A DNA stretch of 62,984 bases, counting the filler, from Globobulimina sp. (taxonomy: Eukaryota), in NCBI GenBank assembly GCA_003354225.1. It is 45 parts of 45 records of this genome, joined end to end, with 100 filler letters (N's around TTAATTAATTAA, not from the genome) between each part and the next. Parts side by side here need not be neighbours in the genome. Positions count along the whole stretch, not along the records: positions 61,684 to 62,984 come from PIVH01019109.1; 44 more parts are not named here. One strand, given 5' to 3'. Shown piece after piece: positions 62,933 to 62,984 of this stretch. The translations under genes were made by a program, and so were the position numbers. The notes beneath the pieces were generated by a model that saw nothing but the letters and a program-made list of their open reading frames with translations, had not been told where the DNA came from and ran no database searches. Position 1 is the stretch's first letter. Every line of letters starts with the position of its first letter.

Positions 62933-62984
62933 TCCTATTCTGTTCTCTATTTTAGTATTCTATGAAAAACGCTGAAAATCAAAC

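Noticed and set aside
1..62984. rRNA, tRNA, or denitrification genes (nirK/nor) of the kind reported from some foraminifera
   Set aside because: No recognisable motifs seen by eye; a covariance-model or HMM scan was not possible

Overview
This window is not one locus. It is 45 unrelated contigs of about 1,301-1,303 bp, sorted by decreasing length and joined by an artificial 100-nt linker (N-run, TTAATTAATTAA, N-run). Gene neighbourhood across linkers is therefore meaningless and most genes are truncated. The DNA is AT-rich and eukaryotic: short (about 54-127 nt) GT-AG introns can be spliced by eye to restore reading frames. The mix of gene families (RCC1-like, Kelch, 7TM, P450, PT-repeat/vWA surface proteins, divergent actin) resembles a foraminiferan or other rhizarian assembly; this is inference, not verified. 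Recognisable genes include enkurin, Rpn9/PSMD13, symplekin, AMP deaminase, a NIPA transporter, an OFA-type MFS transporter, an enoyl-CoA hydratase, a flavin monooxygenase, two P450s, a BEACH-family protein, a RecQ HRDC C-terminus and a probable RIF1 C-terminus. Mobile DNA includes a DIRS-type RT-RNase H, a non-LTR RT 3' end and three MITE-like foldback elements. The best leads are: (1) an intronless orphan ORF with a Rep_trans-like motif, a possible non-HUH rolling-circle element; (2) an actin lacking subdomain 2 and carrying an inserted helical module that also begins two RCC1-like proteins here; (3) a contig with palindromic repeats separated by unique spacers; (4) divergent gene pairs only about 50 bp apart. 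No complete novel system can be demonstrated from these fragments. All family calls come from motif recognition, not database searches.
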